Assembly (NCBI GenBank): GCA_017623375.1
Contig: JAGAPH010000152.1
Coordinates: 116,191-166,262 of the forward strand
Reading direction: 5' to 3'
Source of the DNA: Clostridia bacterium
GTDB taxonomy: Bacteria; Bacillota; Clostridia; Oscillospirales; CAG-272
Length of the DNA stretch: 50,072 nt
Shown here in pieces: positions 10,624 to 18,279 of the stretch; position 1 is the stretch's first letter; each line of letters begins with the position of its first letter. The translations under genes and the position numbers were made by a program. The notes under the pieces were generated by a model, which was not told the origin of the DNA, ran no database searches, and was given only the letters and a program-made list of their open reading frames with translations.

Positions 10624-11363
10624 AAGAAAAGGGTATGATCCAACAAAAATCATGGCTGAAAAGCTATGCCTACGGAATAAAAAAATCTGTTCCCGTGTTC
10701 TTTGGCTTTCTTCCCGTGGCTATAACCTTCGCAATAATGGCAAGAGGTGTGGGAATGTCCTCAATGGAGACTATAGCTATGTCGGTATTTGTATTTGCGG
10801 GAGCAAGTCAGATAATGGCAGTTGGTATGATAGGCTCGGGCGCGGGAATGATATCCATTGTTTTGGCTACGTTTGTTCTCAATCTAAGGCACGTTATAAT
10901 GAGCACATGTATTTTTAAACGTGTGCGTATTAAAAACTTTTTTCTTAAGCTTATCAGCGCTTTATCGGTAACTGACGAGGGCTTTGCTATAATTACTACT
11001 GAAGACGAGAAGAACTGTAATATTCCATTTGCACTTGGCGTGATCACACTTACATATCTATCTTGGGTATTCGGAACGGTAATAGGTGTTATAGCCAGCA
11101 ATATTTTACCCAAGATCGTTGCGGATAGCTTTGGGATCGCATTGTACGCTCTGTTTTTAGCACTGATCGTACCAAATGTAAAAAGAAATTTGAGACTATT
11201 TATAACCGTTATAGTAACGGCGGTGATAAATACGGTATTATGCAGGTTTATTGACATAAGCTGGGCGATAATAATATCAACTCTTGCAGGGGCGGCTCTG
11301 GGTACGTTTATCGTGAATGATGAACCAAAAGATAACGCTATAGGGGAGGTAACCTCCGTATGA
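10620..11363 (+). CDS. azlC: AzlC-family branched-chain amino acid exporter subunit
   Basis: Multi-helix membrane protein followed by a small AzlD-type partner with an ATGA overlap. The start is ambiguous: GTG 10620 overlaps the tadA stop, or ATG 10635. Confidence 0.8.
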   Translation: MKEKGMIQQKSWLKSYAYGIKKSVPVFFGFLPVAITFAIMARGVGMSSMETIAMSVFVFAGASQIMAVGMIGSGAGMISIVLATFVLNLRHVIMSTCIFKRVRIKNFFLKLISALSVTDEGFAIITTEDEKNCNIPFALGVITLTYLSWVFGTVIGVIASNILPKIVADSFGIALYALFLALIVPNVKRNLRLFITVIVTAVINTVLCRFIDISWAIIISTLAGAALGTFIVNDEPKDNAIGEVTSV

Positions 11364-11665
11364 ATATAGCTGTTCTTATACTTTGTATGATGCTTGTTAC
11401 CTATATCCCCCGTGTGCTTCCCGCGTTCGTGGTTGAAAAAATGCGGTTTGGGAAAAGATTTGGAAAATTCATAAATCTTATTCCATATACGGCAATGACG
11501 GCGCTTATTTTCCCGGGAATATTGGGCGTTGACGCCGAGCGGTGGTATATCGGCGCTATTGGCGGAGTTATCGCCATTGCGTTGGCGTGCTTCAAAAAGA
11601 TCCCATCATCGTTAGTTGTGCTTGCTTCAGTGCTGGCGGTAATGGTAGCATATTGGATAATATAA
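11360..11665 (+). CDS. azlD: AzlD-family small membrane protein
   Basis: 101 aa with 3-4 hydrophobic helices. Translationally coupled to azlC through an ATGA overlap. Confidence 0.8.
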   Translation: MNIAVLILCMMLVTYIPRVLPAFVVEKMRFGKRFGKFINLIPYTAMTALIFPGILGVDAERWYIGAIGGVIAIALACFKKIPSSLVVLASVLAVMVAYWII

Positions 11666-11666
11666 G

Positions 11667-11716
11667 AAAAGGGTCTATTGCATGCCGTAAAGACGGAGCA
11701 ATAGACCTTTTATTTT
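11667..11716. terminator. bidirectional intrinsic terminator between azlD (+) and transketolase (-)
   Basis: A GGTCTATTGC / GCAATAGACC 10-bp stem is flanked by AAAA upstream and TTTTATTTT downstream. It sits between convergent genes. Confidence 0.8.
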
Positions 11717-11729
11717 ACTAAAAACGACC

Positions 11730-12671
11730 TTATTTCTTGAGAGCAATAGCAGCCTTTGCCTTAGCCACAAGATTTTCAACTGTAAGACCGTACATTTCAA
11801 GCAGGGGAGGAACCTTACCAGAGTGACCGAACTTGTCCTCAACACCCATGCGGACAACGGGAACAGGACAGCCCTCGCAAACGACTTCAGCTACTGCCGA
11901 GCCAAGACCGCCGATGATGTTATGCTCTTCAGCGGTAACTATAGCGCCCGTAGAGCGAGCCGCGTCAAGAATGATATCGCGGTCGATGGGCTTGATGGTA
12001 GCAATGTTTATAACTCGTGCGCTGATGCCCTCGTTAGCGAGTATTTTAGCAGCGTCAAGTGCCATGCTGACAAGCATGCCCGTTGCAACTATAGTAACGT
12101 CCTTACCCTCGGTCATGTTGACACCCTTACCGATCTCAAATTTATAGGTGTCCTTGTCGTATATAACGGGAACAGCGTATCTTCCAAATCTCATATAAAC
12201 GGGACCAACGTAGTTGATAGCCGCCTCAACTGCCGCTCTTGCCTCAGTTGCGTCTGCGGGGTTTATGACTACCATGCCGGGAATAGCTCTCATAAGAGCA
12301 AAATCCTCAAGACACTGGTGTGTAGCTCCGTCCTCACCGACGGTAATACCTGCGTGAGTAGCGCCGATCTTTACGTTGAGATGAGGATATCCAACAGAGT
12401 TTCTGACCTGCTCGAAAGCTCTTCCTGCCGCAAACATAGCGAAAGAGGAAGCGAATACGACTTTACCTGCAGCGGCAAGACCTGCGGCAACACTTATCAT
12501 GTTGCCCTCGGCGATACCGCAGTCAAAAAATCTCTCAGGAAATTTCTTCTTGAAAACACCTGTTTTTGTAGCTGCCGCAAGGTCTGCGTCAAGGACTACG
12601 AAATCATATTTATCGCCAAACTCGGCAAGCGCGTTACCGTAGGCTTCTCTTGTTGCGATCTTTTCTGCCAT
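11730..12671 (-). CDS. transketolase, C-terminal (pyrimidine-binding) subunit
   Basis: 313 aa. Motifs: REAYG..L, FFDCGIAEGNM, and a C-terminal transketolase domain. It lies directly downstream of the N-terminal subunit gene. Confidence 0.9.
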   Translation of the reverse strand: MAEKIATREAYGNALAEFGDKYDFVVLDADLAAATKTGVFKKKFPERFFDCGIAEGNMISVAAGLAAAGKVVFASSFAMFAAGRAFEQVRNSVGYPHLNVKIGATHAGITVGEDGATHQCLEDFALMRAIPGMVVINPADATEARAAVEAAINYVGPVYMRFGRYAVPVIYDKDTYKFEIGKGVNMTEGKDVTIVATGMLVSMALDAAKILANEGISARVINIATIKPIDRDIILDAARSTGAIVTAEEHNIIGGLGSAVAEVVCEGCPVPVVRMGVEDKFGHSGKVPPLLEMYGLTVENLVAKAKAAIALKK

Positions 12672-12682
12672 AATGTGCCTCC

Positions 12683-13510
12683 TTACATAGTAGCCTTGAT
12701 TTCCGCTACTGCCTGAGCATACTGCTCGTCATTAGGCGCGGAACCGTGCCAGCCAACTTGATTTTCCATAAACGAAACGCCCTTACCCTTGACAGTCTTT
12801 GCTATGATCGCGGTGGGCTTGCCCTTAACGGTCTTAGCCTCCTCAAATGCCGCTTCGATAGCGTCAAAGTCATGACCGTCGATAGCTATAACGTGGAAAC
12901 CGAAAGCCTCAAGCTTCTTATCGTGGGGAGTGGGGTTCATGACCTCGGTAACAGGACCGTCGATCTGAAGTCCGTTCCAGTCAAAAACAACACACAAATT
13001 GTCCAGCTTATAGTGAGCGGCAAACATAGCTGCCTCCCAGATCTGTCCTTCTTCGCTCTCACCGTCGCCGACAATAGCGTAGGTGCGGTAATCCTTGTTG
13101 TCTATCTTAGCCGCAAGTGCCATACCGCATGCGGTAGAAAAGCCAAGCCCCAAGGAGCCTGTGGACATATCAATACCGGGAGTGCCCTTCATGTCGGGGT
13201 GGCCCTGAAGGAAGGAGTCTACCTGACGGAGCTTCTTAAGCTCATCGCGGGAGAAGAAGCCTTTTTCCGCAAGAGCCGCATACAAAGCAGGCGCTGTATG
13301 ACCCTTTGAGAGAACGAATCTGTCGCGACCCTCCCAAGTGGGATTTGCGGGATCAACGTTCATCTCTTTAAAGTAGAGATAAGTGATTATCTCCGCGATC
13401 GAAAGAGAACCGCCGGGGTGTCCCGAGCTTGCTGCATGGACCTCTTCAATAATGTCGAGGCGGATCTGAGCAGCGGTTTGTTTCAGACAGTTGAGTTTTT
13501 CTTTTTCCAT
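12683..13510 (-). CDS. transketolase, N-terminal (thiamine diphosphate-binding) subunit
   Basis: Motifs: SGHPGGSLS, GSLGLG, GDGESEEGQ. ATG 13510 (MEKEKL..) is preferred because the promoter -10 at 13552-13557 leaves no room for an RBS before the ATG at 13540. Confidence 0.88.
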   Translation of the reverse strand: MEKEKLNCLKQTAAQIRLDIIEEVHAASSGHPGGSLSIAEIITYLYFKEMNVDPANPTWEGRDRFVLSKGHTAPALYAALAEKGFFSRDELKKLRQVDSFLQGHPDMKGTPGIDMSTGSLGLGFSTACGMALAAKIDNKDYRTYAIVGDGESEEGQIWEAAMFAAHYKLDNLCVVFDWNGLQIDGPVTEVMNPTPHDKKLEAFGFHVIAIDGHDFDAIEAAFEEAKTVKGKPTAIIAKTVKGKGVSFMENQVGWHGSAPNDEQYAQAVAEIKATM

Positions 13511-13551
13511 TGAATAAACCAGCCTTTCATTTTTTGACATCGTACTATTAT

Positions 13552-13580
13552 ATTATACTATATTTTACATTACAAGTCAA
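13552..13580 (-). promoter_or_regulatory. sigma-A type promoter for the transketolase genes
   Basis: The minus strand reads TTGACT-17 nt-TATAAT. Confidence 0.7.
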
Positions 13581-13625
13581 TAGAAAAACACTACTAATGA
13601 CGTAATGATCAAACCGTAAAAAGTA

Positions 13626-14624
13626 TTAAAGCTTAACAAATCCAAGCTTTTTCTGAACCTTGCCCAAGGTACGGCGCGCGTAGTAGGACGCCTCCTCGGC
13701 ACCCTTCTTCATCTGAGCCTCAAGATAGGACTTGTCCGCAAGTATCTCCTTGTATTTCTGCTGAACAGGTGCGAGAGCAGCGGCGCAAGCCTCTCCAACC
13801 GCAAGCTTGAAATCACCGTAGCCGTGTCCCTCAAATTCCTTTTCTATCTCCTCCATCGTCTTGCCTGTGAAGCAGGAATAGATCGTCATAAGATTGTTTA
13901 TGCCGTCCTTGCCCTCAGCAAAGCTAACGCAGGTGTCAGAATCCGTAACGGCTCTCTTGAACTTACGGATAATAGTATCCTTGTCATCGAGAATATAAAC
14001 GACCGCATTGGTGTTTTCATCAGATTTGGACATTTTCTTCGTAGGATCTGCAAGTGACATTATCTTCATTCCCGATTTGTTTATGATCGGGTCGGGAACA
14101 GTAAAGGTATCGGGATGGATCTGGTTAAATCTCTCGGCAATATCGCGGCACAACTCAACGTGCTGCTTTTGGTCGATACCTACGGGCACTACGTCTGTCT
14201 GATACAAGAGAATATCTGCAGCCATGAGTGCAGGATAAGTAAAGAGACCTGCATTGATGTTGTCGGAATGCTTGGAGCTCTTATCCTTGAACTGAGTCAT
14301 ACGTGAAAGCTCTCCGAACATAGTGAAACAGTTGAGTATCCAAGCAAGCTCCGCGTGCTCATGTACGTGTGACTGTACGTATAGTGTATTTTTTTCGGGA
14401 TCAAGACCGCAAGCTATGTAGAGCGCAAGAGTCTCATAAGTGCGTCTGCGGAGCTCTGCGGGAACCTGACGCACAGTGATCGCATGCTCGTCAACGACAC
14501 AGTAAAAGGTCTTGTATTTTTCGGAATAAAGAGAAAAATTCTTTATTGCTCCAAGATAATTTCCAATAGTAAGATTTCCGCTGGGTTGAACACCCGAGTA
14601 GGAAACGAGTTGATCGTTAAGCAT
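13626..14624 (-). CDS. trpS: tryptophan--tRNA ligase
   Basis: SGVQPSGNLTIGNY carries the TIGN variant of HIGH typical of TrpRS. KMSKS is present. 332 aa. Confidence 0.93.
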   Translation of the reverse strand: MLNDQLVSYSGVQPSGNLTIGNYLGAIKNFSLYSEKYKTFYCVVDEHAITVRQVPAELRRRTYETLALYIACGLDPEKNTLYVQSHVHEHAELAWILNCFTMFGELSRMTQFKDKSSKHSDNINAGLFTYPALMAADILLYQTDVVPVGIDQKQHVELCRDIAERFNQIHPDTFTVPDPIINKSGMKIMSLADPTKKMSKSDENTNAVVYILDDKDTIIRKFKRAVTDSDTCVSFAEGKDGINNLMTIYSCFTGKTMEEIEKEFEGHGYGDFKLAVGEACAAALAPVQQKYKEILADKSYLEAQMKKGAEEASYYARRTLGKVQKKLGFVKL

Positions 14625-14660
14625 TTTTATCTCCTGATTAATAATGTTTGAATTTATTTG

Positions 14661-15848
14661 TCAAAGCTCCTCAAATACCTTGCCAAGCCTTTTTATTCCT
14701 TCCACGATCTGTTCATCGGAGGGGGTGGAATAATTTAGACGGAAGCAGGAGGAGGGAGCTGAGGTGTCACAGTTAAAGGTAGAGCCGGGAACAACTGCTA
14801 CTTTTTTCTCAAGCAGCCTTTGAACTATGGGCGAAACGTCTGAGCAGTTCTTTACGGTGCCCCATATAAAGAGCCCTCCGTCGGGGCGGGTAAACGTCAC
14901 CTTGCTTGCGGGAACATATTTGTCGATACAGTCAAGCATAAGCTGGCACTTACGTCGGTAGAGCGCATTGATGTCCTTAATATGAGCATCAAGATCGTAT
15001 TCAGTGATGTATCTGTGACATAGCATCTGAAAGAAAATATTGGTGTGAACGTCCTCTCCTTGCTTTGCTACCGCCATTTTCTGAACGATGCTTTCGTTTG
15101 CGATCACAAATCCTACTCGCATACCGGCAGAGAGTATTTTGGAGAAGGAAGAACAGTAGATGACGCGTCCTTCCGTGTCCATGCTCTTGATGGTGGGGAC
15201 GTCGTTTCCATTAAAGCGAAGCTCTCCGTAGGGGTTGTCCTCAAGGATCATTATATCGTATTTTCGCGCAAGCTCAAGGACAGCGCGTCTTTTTTCAAGC
15301 GTGGTAGTGATACCCGACGGATTTTGGAACGTCGGGATAATATAAAGCAGCTTAGCGTTGGGATTTCCCAAGAGTGCCTTTTCCAAGCCTTCGATGCTGA
15401 TGCCGTCTGACTCAAGCTCAACACCAACGGTTTTTGCGCCGTTAGAGCGGAAAGAATTCAGTGCGCCTATAAAGCTTGGGTTTTCGCATATAACTACGTC
15501 ACCTTCGTTGCAAAAAGCCTTGCATGCCAGCTCGATGCCTTGCTGACCGCCCGATACCACGAGAGTAGAATCGTTATCTGTTCCGATGCCGAATTTGCAT
15601 TTTTGTCTTTTGGATATTGCTTCACGCAATGGCGGATATCCTTCCGTTATGCTATACTGAAGAGCCGCCGTTGAATGGTTTTCAAAAATGTCTGCCGATA
15701 TTTTTGACAGCTCTGTAACGGGGAAGGATTCGGGAGCGGGATTTCCCGCGGCAAATGAAATTATCTCCGGGTCCGTCAGACTTTTGAATATTTCACGAAT
15801 GGCTGACGGTTTGAGCTCGGAGAGCTTTTTTGAAAATTCGTATTCCAT
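14661..15848 (-). CDS. PLP-dependent class-I aminotransferase (aromatic / 2-aminoadipate aminotransferase-like)
   Basis: KPSAIREI N-terminus, NPSG, and SFSKILSAGMRVGF with the Schiff-base Lys. 395 aa. It lies 36 nt upstream of trpS on the same strand. Confidence 0.85.
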   Translation of the reverse strand: MEYEFSKKLSELKPSAIREIFKSLTDPEIISFAAGNPAPESFPVTELSKISADIFENHSTAALQYSITEGYPPLREAISKRQKCKFGIGTDNDSTLVVSGGQQGIELACKAFCNEGDVVICENPSFIGALNSFRSNGAKTVGVELESDGISIEGLEKALLGNPNAKLLYIIPTFQNPSGITTTLEKRRAVLELARKYDIMILEDNPYGELRFNGNDVPTIKSMDTEGRVIYCSSFSKILSAGMRVGFVIANESIVQKMAVAKQGEDVHTNIFFQMLCHRYITEYDLDAHIKDINALYRRKCQLMLDCIDKYVPASKVTFTRPDGGLFIWGTVKNCSDVSPIVQRLLEKKVAVVPGSTFNCDTSAPSSCFRLNYSTPSDEQIVEGIKRLGKVFEEL

Positions 15849-15880
15849 AAAACGCTCCGTTAATAAAACTATACTATAAT

Positions 15881-15909
15881 ATCATATCACATAAATGTGA
15901 AAAAGTCAA
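15881..15909 (-). promoter_or_regulatory. promoter for the aminotransferase-trpS unit
   Basis: The minus strand reads TTGACT-17 nt-TATGAT with a TG extension. The leader to ATG 15848 is only about 25 nt. Confidence 0.65.
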
Positions 15910-15938
15910 TTGACTTTTGAAGGAAAATATGATATCAT
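15910..15938 (+). promoter_or_regulatory. promoter for the Dabb / ThyX-like unit
   Basis: TTGACT-17 nt-TATCAT. Its -35 abuts the divergent -35, forming the palindrome AGTCAATTGACT. Confidence 0.6.
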
Positions 15939-15982
15939 TAAATATAATTAACAGTTTGTTTTAACAAAAAGGAGATAAGCAT

Positions 15983-16285
15983 ATGGTAAGACACGTGGTT
16001 ATGTGGAAATTCAAGCCAGAGGCTGAGGGAAGATCTAAGCTTGAAAATATGGAGATATTGAGAGAAAAGCTTTTTGCTCTGCTTCCTTTGATACCCGAGA
16101 TAAAGAAGATGGAGATCGGCTTTGATGTAAAGCACACCGATTTTTCAATGGACTTTATGCTTCTTACGGAATTTGACAGTTTAGAGACGCTTGCAGTATA
16201 CGCTGTGCATCCCGATCATCTTAAGGTAACGGATTTTGTTCGTAACGTGGTGGATACTCGCGTAGTTCTTGATTGCGAGATATAA
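15983..16285 (+). CDS. Dabb-family (stress-responsive A/B barrel) protein
   Basis: 100 aa. The VRHVVMWKFKPEA N-terminus and the ...AVHPDH..V motif are characteristic of Dabb domains. AAGGAG RBS. Confidence 0.8.
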   Translation: MVRHVVMWKFKPEAEGRSKLENMEILREKLFALLPLIPEIKKMEIGFDVKHTDFSMDFMLLTEFDSLETLAVYAVHPDHLKVTDFVRNVVDTRVVLDCEI

Positions 16286-16296
16286 GGAGATATGCT

Positions 16297-16920
16297 ATGA
16301 TAAAAATTGAGCGCACTTCGGTAATGAATTTTGAAAACGCTATAAGGGGTGCAAGAAATCCTCTGAACAGTTGGGGAAGAATGGATAGCGCATATAATGA
16401 AAACGGCGATTATGTGCTTGGCAAAAACGATCTTGACCTTGCAGGCAGATTGGCCCGGGCAGGCAGTGACCACCGCAAGTTTTTGAGAATGATATTTGTT
16501 TCCGTTGATATAACTGCACCGCTCTATTGGTGGAAGGAATTTGACACATATAAAGTGGGTACGGTAGCCAACTCCTGCTCGACTATGCACAAGATACATG
16601 CAAAGTCCTTTGAACGGGACGATTTTTCCCATGACCGTCTTGATGAGGGCGGACTTGCGGCACTTGACGCTCTCATTGAGTATCTCGAAGGTGAACGACA
16701 GAAGTTCTGCGCGAATAAAGAGGATAGACAAAGCTGGCACAATATGATACAACTTCTGCCGTCAAGCTTTAATCAAATGAGAACGGTCACCATGAATTAT
16801 GAAAATCTGATAAACATATACTACGCAAGAAGGACTCATAAGCTGGCAGAATGGCACACACTGTGTGATTGGATAAGATCTTTGCCATATGCTGAGCAGT
16901 TGATACTCGTTAAAGACTGA
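16297..16920 (+). CDS. ThyX-fold (Thy1-like) protein lacking the canonical RHR/SxRY motif; function unknown
   Basis: ATG 16297 lies 8 nt after GGAG. By eye it is colinear with ThyX: GSDHRKFLRM vs HxxPFEH; ITAPLYWWKEFDTYKVGTVANSCSTMH vs VKAPIFVxRQWxRHRxxSxxxxSxRY; LLPSSF..TVTMNYENLINIYYARRTHKLAEW vs LPxxxYTxxxWTxNxRSLxNFxxLRxxxHAQWE. Confidence 0.6.
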   Translation: MIKIERTSVMNFENAIRGARNPLNSWGRMDSAYNENGDYVLGKNDLDLAGRLARAGSDHRKFLRMIFVSVDITAPLYWWKEFDTYKVGTVANSCSTMHKIHAKSFERDDFSHDRLDEGGLAALDALIEYLEGERQKFCANKEDRQSWHNMIQLLPSSFNQMRTVTMNYENLINIYYARRTHKLAEWHTLCDWIRSLPYAEQLILVKD

Positions 16921-17018
16921 TATGGCATCAAATTGCACAATATCGTCAGAATAAACGTTTAAAATATCATGAAAATGTAGAAAATTGCATTGGCAAGAAT
17001 ATTTTATTCGTTAAACTC

Positions 17019-17047
17019 TTGACGAACAAAATCAAAAAATATATAAT
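17019..17047 (+). promoter_or_regulatory. promoter for serC-serA
   Basis: TTGACG-17 nt-TATAAT, 57 nt upstream of ATG 17104. Confidence 0.7.
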
Positions 17048-17103
17048 ATATATTATACTTTACCAAAATAAAGTTTTATAATTTTTTACGGAGGTTCATA
17101 GAA

Positions 17104-18195
17104 ATGAACAGAGTGTATAATTTTTCGGCGGGCCCTTCCATGCTTCCTTTAGAAGTACTCGAAAAAGCAGCATCGGAGCTGGTTTGCTACGGTGAGTGTG
17201 GTATGTCGGTCATGGAGATGTCCCATCGATCTCCGGATTATGAAGCAATAATCAATGATGCAGAGAAAATGCTCAGAGATTTGATGAATATTCCCGACAA
17301 CTATAAGGTGCTCTTCCTTCAGGGCGGGGCTTCAACGCAGTTTGCTGCAGTTCCTCTCAATCTCATTAAGAGAACGGGTAAGGCTGATTACGTTGTTTCG
17401 GGACAGTTCTCAGGTAAGGCGTTCAAGGAAGCACAGAAGCTGGGATATGACGTTAAGTGTATAGCTACAACTAAGGACGATAACTTCGATCACGTTCCCG
17501 TGATAACCAAGGATATGATCCGTCCCGACGCTTCTTATGTACATATATGCTTTAACAACACCATTTACGGAACAAAGTACGGATATATTCCCGATACGGG
17601 AGATATTCCCCTTGTTGCCGATATGTCCTCCTGCATAATCTCCGAGCCTGTTGACGTAAGCAAGTTCGGTGTTATTTACGCAGGTGCTCAGAAGAATATG
17701 GCTCCCGCGGGACTCACCCTCGTTATCGTAAGAGAGGATCTCCTTGATTACGCTGAAGAGAAGATGCCCACAATGCTCGAGTGGAAGACCATGGCAGAGA
17801 ACGGCTCTATGTACAATACTCCTCCTTGTTATACTATCTACATGGCTAAGCTCGTTTATGAATGGATTCTCGACATGGGCGGTCTTGAGGTCATGAAGGC
17901 AAGAAACGTAGAAAAGGCAGCAGTTCTTTACGATTATCTTGATAACCAGAATTACTACATCGCTCCCGTTAAGAAGGATAGCCGTTCTATGATGAACGTA
18001 ACGTTCGTTACGGGCGATGCTGATCTCGATAAGAAGTTTGCTTCCGAGGCGGCTAAGGCAGGTCTTAAGAATCTTAAGGGACACCGATCTGTTGGCGGTA
18101 TGAGAGCTTCTATCTACAACGCAATGCCCAGGGCAGGAGTTGAGAAGCTGGTTGAGTTCATGAAGGCGTTTGCAGAGGCAAATCCCAAAAACTAA
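17104..18195 (+). CDS. serC: 3-phosphoserine aminotransferase
   Basis: 363 aa. NFSAGPSMLP N-terminus and class-V aminotransferase architecture. GGAGG RBS. Confidence 0.93.
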   Translation: MNRVYNFSAGPSMLPLEVLEKAASELVCYGECGMSVMEMSHRSPDYEAIINDAEKMLRDLMNIPDNYKVLFLQGGASTQFAAVPLNLIKRTGKADYVVSGQFSGKAFKEAQKLGYDVKCIATTKDDNFDHVPVITKDMIRPDASYVHICFNNTIYGTKYGYIPDTGDIPLVADMSSCIISEPVDVSKFGVIYAGAQKNMAPAGLTLVIVREDLLDYAEEKMPTMLEWKTMAENGSMYNTPPCYTIYMAKLVYEWILDMGGLEVMKARNVEKAAVLYDYLDNQNYYIAPVKKDSRSMMNVTFVTGDADLDKKFASEAAKAGLKNLKGHRSVGGMRASIYNAMPRAGVEKLVEFMKAFAEANPKN

Positions 18196-18223
18196 GTAAT
18201 AGTGAAAAGTGAAAAAGTAAGGT

Positions 18224-18256
18224 GGATTTCCGCTTGGGCGGAAATCTCCTGCTTTT
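18224..18256 (+). terminator. weak terminator-like hairpin between serC and serA
   Basis: A GGATTTCCGC-TTGG-GCGGAAATCT stem-loop is followed, after 5 nt, by TTTT. Confidence 0.35.
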
Positions 18257-18279
18257 AATACTAAGAGAGGTATATTAAA

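Noticed and set aside
10565-10918. A 117-aa plus-strand ORF bridging tadA and azlC in another frame.
   Set aside because: It is fully overlapped by two genes with clear family signatures. It has no RBS and odd composition.
14625-14660. A possible T-box or attenuator upstream of trpS.
   Set aside because: Only 36 nt are available and they are AT-rich without a specifier or terminator hairpin. The 134-nt region upstream of the aminotransferase is filled by two promoters.
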